Shown in pieces: positions 35,489 through 43,908 of a DNA stretch of 52,141 nt (the first letter of the stretch is position 1; the number at the start of each line of letters is the position of its first letter). The notes below the pieces were generated by a model. The model was not told the origin of the DNA. It saw nothing but the letters and a program-made list of their open reading frames with translations, and did not search any database. The DNA is from Thermomicrobiales bacterium. GTDB taxonomy: Bacteria; Chloroflexota; Chloroflexia; Thermomicrobiales; UBA6265. The position numbers and the translations under genes are program-made. The stretch is from positions 1 through 52,141 of the forward strand of contig JAXDKI010000175.1 of assembly GCA_034667245.1 (NCBI GenBank). Direction: 5' to 3'.

Positions 35489-36618
35489 TGGCCGGCGAGC
35501 GGATCAAGATCGTCGTCTGGGACAGCATCGGCAACACCCTGCTCGGTGTCCGCCCCTGGTCGAGTTGGGACGAGAAGACCGTCGCCCACTTCCTCCGCGA
35601 GGACCCGGCGGGTGCCGAGCACGCGCCGAGTTTCCGCCAGCTCTTCGCCGGTCGCGACGTCGATCTCGTCTGGTTCAACAGCGCCGACGGACCATACGCC
35701 CCCTTCGGTCAGCTCTACGCCGACTACGAGGGCAGCGTCCGCTTCACCCGCTCCGTCGACGAGATCGCCGCGGAGATCCCCGACGCCGATTACCTCGTCC
35801 TCCACAAGGAGCGGCTCCCCGCCGACGCCCTCCGCACCGCCCGTAAGCTGAAGCTCGTCCAGCATCTCGGTCAGGACCACCGCGGCGTCCCGACGGATGC
35901 CACGCGGGAGCTCGGGGTGCCGGTCGCGGCCACACCGCTCGTCAACTACATCACGGTGGCCGAGCACGTCTGGGCCTTCGTCCTCAACTGGCTGAAACGC
36001 CTCCCCGCCCTCCGCGAGCACATGCGGACCCGCGATTACGCCGATACCTGGGGACTCTTTCCGAACGTTCGTTACGCCGGCGACGTCACCCTTGGCATCC
36101 TCGGCATGGGCGAGATCGCCCGGCCGATCGCTCGCTACGCCCAGGCGTTCGAGATGCCGGCGGTCTACTGGGACATCGAGCGATTCCCCGACCTGGAGGA
36201 GAAGTACGGCGTCCGCTTCGTCGAGTGGGACGAGATCTTCCGCACCTCCGACGTCCTGACCGTCCAACTCGCCCTCAACGACAAGACGCAGGGCATCATC
36301 GGCGCCAGGGAGATCGGCCTGATGAATCCGACCTCCCTCTTCATCAACACCGCCCGCGGCAAACTCGTCGACCAGCCCGCGCTGACACGAGCAGTCGCCG
36401 ACGGCCAAATCGGCGGCGTCGCCCTCGACGTCTTCGCCGAGGAGCCACTCCCCTACGATGACCCGCTCTTGGCCCTCCACGATCAACCCGGCGACCGCGT
36501 GACGCTGACCCCGCACTGTGCCTGGCAAAGCCCCTGGACCTGGGTTCGCGACTCCCAGGAGATCTGGCTGAACGTCCTGCGATCCTTGAACGGAGAACCG
36601 CTGAAGCATCTGGTGTAG
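35488..36618 (+). CDS. D-isomer-specific 2-hydroxyacid dehydrogenase family, NAD-binding
   Basis: ATG overlaps the upstream stop (TGATG). GILGMGEIARPIA dinucleotide fold, TARGKLVD, DVFAEEP, TPHCAW. About 60 aa of extra N-terminus. Confidence 0.85.
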   Translation: MAGERIKIVVWDSIGNTLLGVRPWSSWDEKTVAHFLREDPAGAEHAPSFRQLFAGRDVDLVWFNSADGPYAPFGQLYADYEGSVRFTRSVDEIAAEIPDADYLVLHKERLPADALRTARKLKLVQHLGQDHRGVPTDATRELGVPVAATPLVNYITVAEHVWAFVLNWLKRLPALREHMRTRDYADTWGLFPNVRYAGDVTLGILGMGEIARPIARYAQAFEMPAVYWDIERFPDLEEKYGVRFVEWDEIFRTSDVLTVQLALNDKTQGIIGAREIGLMNPTSLFINTARGKLVDQPALTRAVADGQIGGVALDVFAEEPLPYDDPLLALHDQPGDRVTLTPHCAWQSPWTWVRDSQEIWLNVLRSLNGEPLKHLV

Positions 36619-36656
36619 ACGTCACGTCTATCTCTGTCCCCTTGGAGAAGCATGGC

Positions 36657-37733
36657 ATGACGACGCCGCAATTCGGTTTCTGCGTTCCCATCTTCGCCTG
36701 CCCCGGCCACAACCTCTTCCGCACCCCGAACTTCCCGGAGCTCGACGCCGCGACGACGATGTCGATTGCCAAGCGCGCGGACGAACTCGGGTACGACTCG
36801 CTCTGGGTGGCGGACCACCTGATGCTCGGCAAGGACGAGGCGATCCTCGAGGGCTGGACGGTCATCTCCGCCCTTGCCGGCGCCACCAGCCGGGCGAAAC
36901 TCGGGATGATCCACCAGGCGCTGCTCTTCCGGAATCCAGCCCTCGCCGCCAAGATGGCGGCCACACTCGATCAGATCTCCGGCGGACGCCTGATCCACTT
37001 CATGGACTGCGGGTACATGCGCCGCGAGTACGTCAACTACGGACTCCCCTGGGACGACGACATGGAGGCGAGGATCGCCAAGCTTGTCGAGGCGACCGAG
37101 CTCATCCTCGCCCTCTGGGCAGCCGACGGCCCCCTGACGCGCCAAGGTCCCGCCTACGAGGTGACCGACGCCGTCTGCACCCCCAAACCGGTCCAGCAAC
37201 CGCACCCGCCCCTCTGGTTCGGCGAAGCCACCCCCGGCATTCTCGACGCCTGCGCCCGCTTCGGTCAGGGCTGGAACACGACGCCCGTCTCGCTGCCGGA
37301 GCTGCGGCGTCGCCTCGACCTCCTCGGCGCGGCCTGCGAGCGCGCCGGCCGCTCGCTGAACGATCTCGAGTTGAGTCTCGAAACCCAGATTCTGGTCGCA
37401 CCCGACGTTGCCGCACTCCGCGAGCGACTGCGCGAGATGGTCGCCCTCACCGAAGATGCCGGCCAGAACCTGCCGAACGAGATCCAGCCGTTTCTCGACA
37501 GCTATGCGATGGCGCCCGACTTCCGCGCCTTCGTTGATGGCACGACCGATGCACTCCCGAGCCGGATGATCGAGGACTGGGTCGTCGGCACACCTGACCA
37601 GGTCGAGCAGCGATTACGCGCCTACATGGCCGAGGGGATCAGCCACTTCATGCTCTGGTTCATGGACGCGCCGCGCACCGACGGACTTGACCTGTTTGCC
37701 TCGGACGTCATACGGCGGTTTCAGGAGGCGTGA
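36657..37733 (+). CDS. LLM-class (luciferase-like) flavin- or F420-dependent oxidoreductase
   Basis: ATG 36657 with GGAGAAG 6 nt upstream (the ORF is open from TTG 36642). GYDSLWVADHL and PHPPLWFG motifs. Confidence 0.85.
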   Translation: MTTPQFGFCVPIFACPGHNLFRTPNFPELDAATTMSIAKRADELGYDSLWVADHLMLGKDEAILEGWTVISALAGATSRAKLGMIHQALLFRNPALAAKMAATLDQISGGRLIHFMDCGYMRREYVNYGLPWDDDMEARIAKLVEATELILALWAADGPLTRQGPAYEVTDAVCTPKPVQQPHPPLWFGEATPGILDACARFGQGWNTTPVSLPELRRRLDLLGAACERAGRSLNDLELSLETQILVAPDVAALRERLREMVALTEDAGQNLPNEIQPFLDSYAMAPDFRAFVDGTTDALPSRMIEDWVVGTPDQVEQRLRAYMAEGISHFMLWFMDAPRTDGLDLFASDVIRRFQEA

Positions 37734-38524
37734 TGAGCGATCCCTCCACCGAGCGTCGCGTCGCCCTCGTCACCGGCGCCACTCGCCGCAACGGGATCGG
37801 CGCCGCGATCTGCCGTGCGCTCGCCGCGGCAGGCAACGACGTTGCGTTCACACACTGGCGACGCTATGACCAACAGTTTTCGTGGGGCGCGCAATCCGAA
37901 GATGCGCCAGCTCTACTGGAGGAACTGCGGGCCACCGGTGTGCGAGCAGAGGCATTCGAGGTCGACCTCTCGCTCCCCGAGACACCGACCCGGCTCCTCG
38001 ATCTGGTGACGGACCAACTGGGACCGCTTTCGATCCTTGTCAACAACGCAGCCTATTCGACGCAGGACGGCTACGAAGCACTCGACGCCGCGACACTCGA
38101 CGCCCACTACGCCGTCAACATCCGCGGCATGGCGCTGCTCAGCGTCGAGTTCGCGCGGCGCTGGCCGGGCGGTCGCGGTGGCCGGATCGTCAACCTCACC
38201 TCGGGACAGTCGCTCGGCCCAATGCCGACCGAGCTCGCCTACGCCGCGACAAAGGGAGCAGTCGAGGCGTTCACCCGCTCCCTCGCCGACGGAGTGGCCT
38301 CACGTGAGATCACCGTCAACGCCGTCAATCCCGGGCCAACCGACACCGGCTGGATCGACGACGACTTGCGGGCGGAGTTGTTGCCGAGTTTTCCCTTCGG
38401 CCGCATCGGCCTGCCCGAGGATGCCGCGCGCGTGGTCGCCTTTCTCGCGAGCGAGGAGGCGGCCTGGATCACGGGACAGGTCGTCCACTCCGAGGGCGGC
38501 TTCCGGCGAGGAGCGCCGCGGTAA
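37733..38524 (+). CDS. SDR family oxidoreductase
   Basis: TGATRRNGIGAAI cofactor motif. Catalytic YAATKGAVEAF. ATG 37733 overlaps the upstream TGA (GTG 37730 is also possible). Confidence 0.88.
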   Translation: MSDPSTERRVALVTGATRRNGIGAAICRALAAAGNDVAFTHWRRYDQQFSWGAQSEDAPALLEELRATGVRAEAFEVDLSLPETPTRLLDLVTDQLGPLSILVNNAAYSTQDGYEALDAATLDAHYAVNIRGMALLSVEFARRWPGGRGGRIVNLTSGQSLGPMPTELAYAATKGAVEAFTRSLADGVASREITVNAVNPGPTDTGWIDDDLRAELLPSFPFGRIGLPEDAARVVAFLASEEAAWITGQVVHSEGGFRRGAPR

Positions 38525-39829
38525 CTACGCCGCCGCGGTTGTGCGGCGACGACCGCCGGCGACCTTCTCGCCCTTCAACGGATAGGTCGCAACGAAGACC
38601 GTGTCGTCGCTGCCGAGCTGAACCAGCGACGGCAGTTCCCAGCCGACAATCTCTTCCCGCCGGCGATCGATCAGCCACTGTAGCGCGTCGGCCAGCTCCA
38701 GCGACCCGCCCTTCTGCCGCTCCCGGTCGAGCGCCGAGAGCGCGGTCAAGACCGTCGGCGAGAGGACGTAGCGGCCGAGGACGGTGCTGACCGCCTCGGG
38801 ATCGCAGGGCGGCTCGCAGCACGAGATCGGGTGGCGCGCGTCCGGTTTTTCCGCCAGGAGTTCGATCGGCCGCAATCCGTGCTCGTTCGGCACCGACCGC
38901 AACCGGGCGAGACCGTAGTTGCGGCGGTTGACTTTCAGCTTGCCGACCGCCACCACGCTGGAACCGCCTTCGGCATAGTGCTCGGTCAACTGCTGGAGAA
39001 CCGCCATTCCCGTCCCGGGACGGTCGAAGTGATTGTCGGGCAACAGCACCGCGAACGGCCGCTCGCCGATCAGCGGTCGCGCCTGAAGAATCGCGTGGCC
39101 GAGGCCGAGCGCCTCCGACTGCGGCACGCAGCTCAGGCGTTGCATCCGCTGCGCGAACGACGCGCCGGCAAACGCGGCGTGCAACCCGGCGATCTCGGCC
39201 GGCGGCAGGATCACCACCAACTCGCGGATACGCGCCTTCATCGCCTCGGCAGCGGCGCGGTCGAGCGCGGCGACAATCTGGTCGCGCGTCCACTCCCGCC
39301 ATTGCCAACCGGCGATCGGGATGCAGCAGACCGGGACCGGACCGGGTGTGCGCCACCAATCGACGGTGGCGATCACCTGCGCGGCCTTCGACCGGGCATC
39401 TTCGAGGAGCATCTGCCGAACGAGATCGGCCTCCTCGATCGCCAGCCCCGCGTCCGCGAGAACACGCGCCAGTTCGCCGTCGAGCGAGAGCCCGGCCGGC
39501 TGCGTCTCCCAGTCATGGCTCTGGCGCCGGGGGATGACCACGGTGCGCGCGGGGCGCTCCTTCTCCTGCGCTCCCGCAACCTCACGATCGTAGGCATCGA
39601 GCAACTGCGCATGAGGGAGAGCGAGAACTCGCTGGTATCCGGCAACCAACTCCCGGGACGGGCGGACCGTTCGATTCTCGACCGCCGAGAGATGTGCCTT
39701 CGAATAGCCGAGTTGTCCGGCCATCTCGCCCAGGCTCATCGACCGCTCTTGCCGGGCGAGGCGCATCCGTGCGCCAAGCGGGAGCGTCTCGACGCTCCCA
39801 GCCGGGATCGGGTTCTCTTTTCGGGCCAT
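38525..39829 (-). CDS. XRE-family HTH regulator fused to a degenerate UTP-glucose-1-phosphate uridylyltransferase (GalU)-like domain
   Basis: ATG 39829 with GGAGGA 5 nt upstream. HTH: LGARMRLARQERSMSLGEMAGQLGYSKAHLSAVENR. C-terminal domain aligns by eye to GalU (ALGLGHAILQARPLIGERPFAVLLPDNHF, LAEKP, VLGRYVLSP, LELADAL), but the G-x-G-T-R-x-L-P-x-T-K loop reads IAGWQWREWTRDQ. Confidence 0.8.
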   Translation of the reverse strand: MARKENPIPAGSVETLPLGARMRLARQERSMSLGEMAGQLGYSKAHLSAVENRTVRPSRELVAGYQRVLALPHAQLLDAYDREVAGAQEKERPARTVVIPRRQSHDWETQPAGLSLDGELARVLADAGLAIEEADLVRQMLLEDARSKAAQVIATVDWWRTPGPVPVCCIPIAGWQWREWTRDQIVAALDRAAAEAMKARIRELVVILPPAEIAGLHAAFAGASFAQRMQRLSCVPQSEALGLGHAILQARPLIGERPFAVLLPDNHFDRPGTGMAVLQQLTEHYAEGGSSVVAVGKLKVNRRNYGLARLRSVPNEHGLRPIELLAEKPDARHPISCCEPPCDPEAVSTVLGRYVLSPTVLTALSALDRERQKGGSLELADALQWLIDRRREEIVGWELPSLVQLGSDDTVFVATYPLKGEKVAGGRRRTTAAA

Positions 39830-39876
39830 CGTCGTCCTCCGTTGGACGCGCACCTCATCAGCAACCTGCACCTATC

Positions 39877-39904
39877 AATCTAACATTTGTTGACGAAATA
39901 GCAA
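39877..39904 (-). promoter_or_regulatory. Candidate promoter for the XRE/GalU-like gene
   Basis: Minus strand reads TTGCTA (39904-39899), 16 nt spacer, TAGATT (39882-39877), in the only AT-rich patch of this spacer. Confidence 0.3.
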
Positions 39905-39915
39905 GGGCCGCTAGC

Positions 39916-39973
39916 GAGACGGCAGGCGGACGGGCGGACAGACGGACGGGCGGACAGACGGAGAGACGGAGAG
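39916..39973 (-). repeat. Tandem octamer repeat of the same family (read on minus strand: CTCTCCGT CTCTCCGT CTGTCCGC CCGTCCGT ...)
   Basis: Plus strand reads gagacggcaggcggacgggcggacagacggacgggcggacagacggagagacggagag. Bracketed by CCGCTAG (39908-39914) and CTAGCGG (39999-40005). Confidence 0.85.
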
Positions 39974-40020
39974 TAAACGCCCTGGGCGATTGTTACTCCT
40001 AGCGGTTAGCGGCTCGTGGC

Positions 40021-40962
40021 TCACTCGGCATCGCCAACGCTTCTGACGTCGAGCGCATCCCGAAGGCCGTCGCCGAAGAGGTTGAGCGCGAGCACGGTGA
40101 GGACGATCGCCAGTCCGGGGAAGACGCTGATCCACCAGGCCTGCCGGACGAAATCCCGCCCCTCGTTCAGCGCCATCCCCCAGGTTGGCGTCGACGGGTT
40201 CACGCCCAGCCCGATGAACGTCAGCGCCGCCTCGGCCAGAATCCCCAGGCCGACCGCGAACGTCGTCTGGACGATGATCGGCGCCGCCATGTTCGGCAGG
40301 ATGTGCCCGAACATGATCCGCCGGTCGGTCGCGCCGATCGACCGCGCCGCGGTCGTGTAGTCCTCTTCACGCAGACTCAATACCTGCGATCGCACGATCC
40401 GCGCGAAGTCGTCCAGGTACGCCACCGCGATCGCGACCACGACGTTGCGAAACCCTGCCCCGAAGACCGCGACCATCGCCACCGCCAGCACGATCACCGG
40501 GAAAGCCCAGAGCAGATCGATCATCCGCATGATCAGGCTGTCGAGCCAACCGCCGTAGTACCCCGCCACCAGCCCGAGCAACACCCCGACCGCCATTGCC
40601 GACAGCGCCGCCAGCAATCCCACCGTAAACGAGACGCGCGTGCCGACGATCACCCGGCTCAGCAGATCCCGCCCGAACGAGTCCGTCCCCATCGGGTGCG
40701 ACCAACTCGGCGAGGCAAACAGATCGTAGTCGTCCGCCAGGGGATCGTACGGCGCGATCACCGGTCCAATCGCGGCCACGAGCGCCAGCAGACCGACGAA
40801 GACCAGACCGAGCAACGCCTTGCGCTCCCGGCGCAATCGGCGCCAGAATCGATTCCCGACCGCGGCCCGCCGGCGCTCGGCCAGGACCGTGAGGCGATCC
40901 TCGGCCGCCAACTCGCGCTGTCCGATCGCGCCGGGGCGGTCGGCGCTCGCCTCCCTAGCCAT
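40021..40962 (-). CDS. ABC transporter permease (DppC/OppC-like)
   Basis: 313 aa. GPVIAPYDP. C-terminal GDGLRDALD. 8-nt overlap with the upstream permease gene. Confidence 0.88.
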   Translation of the reverse strand: MAREASADRPGAIGQRELAAEDRLTVLAERRRAAVGNRFWRRLRRERKALLGLVFVGLLALVAAIGPVIAPYDPLADDYDLFASPSWSHPMGTDSFGRDLLSRVIVGTRVSFTVGLLAALSAMAVGVLLGLVAGYYGGWLDSLIMRMIDLLWAFPVIVLAVAMVAVFGAGFRNVVVAIAVAYLDDFARIVRSQVLSLREEDYTTAARSIGATDRRIMFGHILPNMAAPIIVQTTFAVGLGILAEAALTFIGLGVNPSTPTWGMALNEGRDFVRQAWWISVFPGLAIVLTVLALNLFGDGLRDALDVRSVGDAE

Positions 40963-41902
40963 ACTTGATCCTCGGATCGAGGACGGTGTAGACGATGTCC
41001 ACGATCAGGTTAGCCAGGACGAACGTGACCGTCGTCAGCAGGATCACCCCCTGCACGATCGGGTAGTCCTTGTCGAAGATCGCGCCGACCAGAATCCGGC
41101 CCAGACCACGGATTGAGAAGACCGTCTCGACGACGACCGCACCGCTCAACAACAGCGCCAGCTGAATCCCGGCCACCGTCACCACCGGGATCATCGCGTT
41201 CCGGAGCGCGTGCCGAACGATCACGCCCCGCTCCGAGACCCCCTTCGCCCGCGCCGTCCGGATGTAGTCGCTGTTCAACACCTCCAGCAAGCCGGCCCGC
41301 ACAAACCGCATCAGGATCGCCGCGTAGCCCGCGCCGATCGCCAGACTCGGCAGCAGCAGGTGCTCGAACCAGGCCCGCAACCCGTCCTCGCCGATCGGCG
41401 AGTAGCCGACCGCCGGCAACCACTGCAGCTTGACGGCAAAGATCAAAATCAGGATGATCCCGAACCAGAACCCGGGCATGCTGACGCCGACAAAGGCGAC
41501 GACACTCGCCACGTAGTCGACCGCCGAGTTTCGACGCAGCGCCGAGACGATCCCCGCCGGCACCGCGATCAGCACCGCCAGCGCGAACGAGAGCGCCGCC
41601 AGGCTCATCGTCTTCGGCAACCCAGTCTTGATCGCACTCATCACCGGCTCGGGCGACGAGATCGACGTGCCCAAATCCCCGGTCAGCACGTTGCCGGCCC
41701 ACTTCGCATACTGGACGTAGATCGGCTGATCTAGCCCCAGCTTTCGCCGCAGTGCCGTCGCCGCCTCCGGCGTGTACTCGGGCCCCAACATCACCACGAC
41801 CGGATCGCCCGGCACCAGACGCAGCATGAAAAAGACGAGGGTGGCGCACCCCCAGATGATGAACACCGCATGGATCAACCGCCGGAGGATGTACTGGGCC
41901 AC
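40955..41902 (-). CDS. ABC transporter permease (DppB/OppB-like)
   Basis: 315 aa. MAQYILRRLIHAVFIIWG. C-terminal DPRIKYG. GTG start with a GGGAG SD. Confidence 0.9.
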   Translation of the reverse strand: MAQYILRRLIHAVFIIWGCATLVFFMLRLVPGDPVVVMLGPEYTPEAATALRRKLGLDQPIYVQYAKWAGNVLTGDLGTSISSPEPVMSAIKTGLPKTMSLAALSFALAVLIAVPAGIVSALRRNSAVDYVASVVAFVGVSMPGFWFGIILILIFAVKLQWLPAVGYSPIGEDGLRAWFEHLLLPSLAIGAGYAAILMRFVRAGLLEVLNSDYIRTARAKGVSERGVIVRHALRNAMIPVVTVAGIQLALLLSGAVVVETVFSIRGLGRILVGAIFDKDYPIVQGVILLTTVTFVLANLIVDIVYTVLDPRIKYG

Positions 41903-41954
41903 GGCGCCACTCCCAAGTTCGAGTGGGGAAACGCGCTCATGAACGCGGCATGCT

Positions 41955-41984
41955 CCCCCTTTCCCCTAAAGTTGGGAAAGGGGG
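41955..41984 (-). terminator. Intercistronic stem-loop after the binding-protein gene
   Basis: ccccctttccc ctaaagtt gggaaaggggg, a perfect 11-bp stem, between the stop at 42016 and the permease start at 41902. Confidence 0.45.
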
Positions 41985-42015
41985 TTTGGGGGGATAGAGG
42001 GCCCTACTCGCGCCC

Positions 42016-43653
42016 CTACTTATCGAGCCACACCGACTCGAGGTAGCGCATCTCCGGGATCGGGACGTAGCCCTTCACCGCGTTCGCGAAGGCGACGACG
42101 TCGGGCGTGTGGTAGAGGAAGGCGTAGGCGACGTCCTGCGCCGTTGCCGCCTGGATCTGCTGGAAGAGCTTGGCCCTGTCTTCCTGAACCGCCGTAGCGC
42201 GGGTCTGTTCCAGCATCTGGTCCACGGTCGGGTTGTTGTAGCCGTACGTATTCCACGGCCCCTCCGAGTAGAAGAAGTTCCAGTGGCCGTCGTCCGGGTC
42301 GGCGTCGACCACGCTGCCGTTGACGATCCAGTCGAAGTCCTTCGCCAGCCAGCGCTCGTTCCAGGCCGCCTGCTGCAGCAACTCGATCTGCATCTCGATG
42401 CCGACATCCCGCATCTGGCTCTGGAGAACCTCGGCGACCCGGTTGTTGCCCTGGGCGAACATCAGGGTCGGTTTTGCACCCTTGACGCCGGTCTGCTCCA
42501 CGGCCGCGGTCGCCGCCTCCTTATCGAACGCCTGCGGATTCTCGACCTGATCCGGCGGCAGGTAGGCGAACCCGAAGGCCGGCGCGATCGCCCCGACGCT
42601 CGGTTGGGCGAGACCGAAGAGCGCCTTCGAGATCAGGTCCTCGCGATCGATCGCCTTCGCGACCGCCATCCGCGCTTCGACCGTGTCCCACGGCGGACGC
42701 GCGTAGTTCATCGTCAAACCGACCCAGTTCGTCCCCTGCACTTCGACGACCGTGACGTCGCCATTCCCCTTCAGCTGCTCGACGCCGACCGCCGGCGCGA
42801 TGTCGAGCATGTCGACATCGCCCGCTTCCAGCGCGCTGACCATACTCGACGGCTCGGGGATGATCGTCACGTCGATTCCATCGACGTGTGACCGACCGCC
42901 ATACCAATCGTCGAACGCCACGAGTTTGAACCCACTCGCGAGATCGACCCCCTCCGGCACGATCTTGAACGGCCCGCAACCGATCGGCGTGATCCCGAAC
43001 TGCTCGTCCCCTAGCTCGTCGATCGCCCGCTTGGAGATGGGCGTCAGGGCTCGGCCCGGCCCGCGGCTGCAGGCGGTCGCCAGGAACGGCGCGTAGGGCG
43101 CGCTCATCTTGATGAGGAAGGTGAGTTCGTCGGGGGCGGTCGCTTCGGTCACCAGGCTGAGCTTGTTGGCGTGGGGCGAGGCGAAGTCGGCGTTGGTCGT
43201 CCGCTGGTAGGTGTAGACGAGGTCGTTCGCGTTCAAGGGATCGCCGTTGTGGAAGCTCAGACCCTGGCGGAGCTTGAAGGTGTACTGCATCCCGTCCGGC
43301 GCGACCTCCCACGTTTCAGCGAGGTCGGCCACGAGCCCGAGCTGCTCGTCGAACTGGACGAGACTGGAGAAGAGGTTCGAGACGATCTCACCGGCGACGA
43401 TCCCGAGGTTGACCTGCGCGGGATCGAGGGTCGGGATCTGGCTGATCCCGAAACCGAGCCTCAGCGTCCCACCCTTCTTCGCCTCTTGCCGCGCGATGCG
43501 GAGCCGCCGCTCACCGACGCCGCCCGCCGCGCTCGCCTCGAAGGCGGCCAGGCGACCGGCGAAACCGAAGGCCCCCGTCGCCGCGGCCAGCTTCATCATC
43601 GTCCGCCGCGAGACGCGCGGCCCGCTCAAGACACTCCAATCGATCCGGGTCAT
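42016..43653 (-). CDS. ABC transporter substrate-binding protein, family 5, Tat signal
   Basis: 545 aa. VSRRTMMKLAAATGAFG signal. GAGGAGGAG SD upstream of ATG 43653. Confidence 0.9.
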   Translation of the reverse strand: MTRIDWSVLSGPRVSRRTMMKLAAATGAFGFAGRLAAFEASAAGGVGERRLRIARQEAKKGGTLRLGFGISQIPTLDPAQVNLGIVAGEIVSNLFSSLVQFDEQLGLVADLAETWEVAPDGMQYTFKLRQGLSFHNGDPLNANDLVYTYQRTTNADFASPHANKLSLVTEATAPDELTFLIKMSAPYAPFLATACSRGPGRALTPISKRAIDELGDEQFGITPIGCGPFKIVPEGVDLASGFKLVAFDDWYGGRSHVDGIDVTIIPEPSSMVSALEAGDVDMLDIAPAVGVEQLKGNGDVTVVEVQGTNWVGLTMNYARPPWDTVEARMAVAKAIDREDLISKALFGLAQPSVGAIAPAFGFAYLPPDQVENPQAFDKEAATAAVEQTGVKGAKPTLMFAQGNNRVAEVLQSQMRDVGIEMQIELLQQAAWNERWLAKDFDWIVNGSVVDADPDDGHWNFFYSEGPWNTYGYNNPTVDQMLEQTRATAVQEDRAKLFQQIQAATAQDVAYAFLYHTPDVVAFANAVKGYVPIPEMRYLESVWLDK

Positions 43654-43800
43654 CTGGCGCTCCTCCTCTGGGGCGTGACTGTCGTCACCATTCGCCGCAC
43701 CACCGACGCCGGGGCCGGCGCATCTGCCGTTTGAGCCGAGCGTTCTCGAGTCTGACCGGTATCGGTTGTTAGCCTCCTTTCACGAGCCGTACATCGGCAC

Positions 43801-43908
43801 GAGTCGTCAGTCGTCAGTCGTCAGTCGTCAGAACGAGGAGCGAGATCGCTCTCGTTTCCGCGATGCAGCATCTCTTCGAACTTCTCGGCTACTGACGACT
43901 GACGACTC
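43801..43908. repeat. Heptad-armed inverted-repeat element, copy B (108 bp, asymmetric arms)
   Basis: Left arm is gag + (tcgtcag)x4 at 43801-43831. The 17-nt right arm ctgacgactgacgactc at 43892-43908 is perfectly complementary to the left-arm start. Confidence 0.9.

Noticed and set aside
36616-36630. Perfect 15-bp palindrome tagacgt-c-acgtcta overlapping the stop of the 2-hydroxyacid dehydrogenase gene, 27 nt upstream of the LLM gene start.
   Set aside because: A 7+7 palindrome is expected a few times by chance in 52 kb. No second copy is present and no regulator is encoded in the cluster.
43801-43831. Heptad and octamer arrays considered as CRISPR arrays.
   Set aside because: The repeat unit is only 7-8 nt with no spacers. 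The arrays are under 60 nt, and no cas genes are present.
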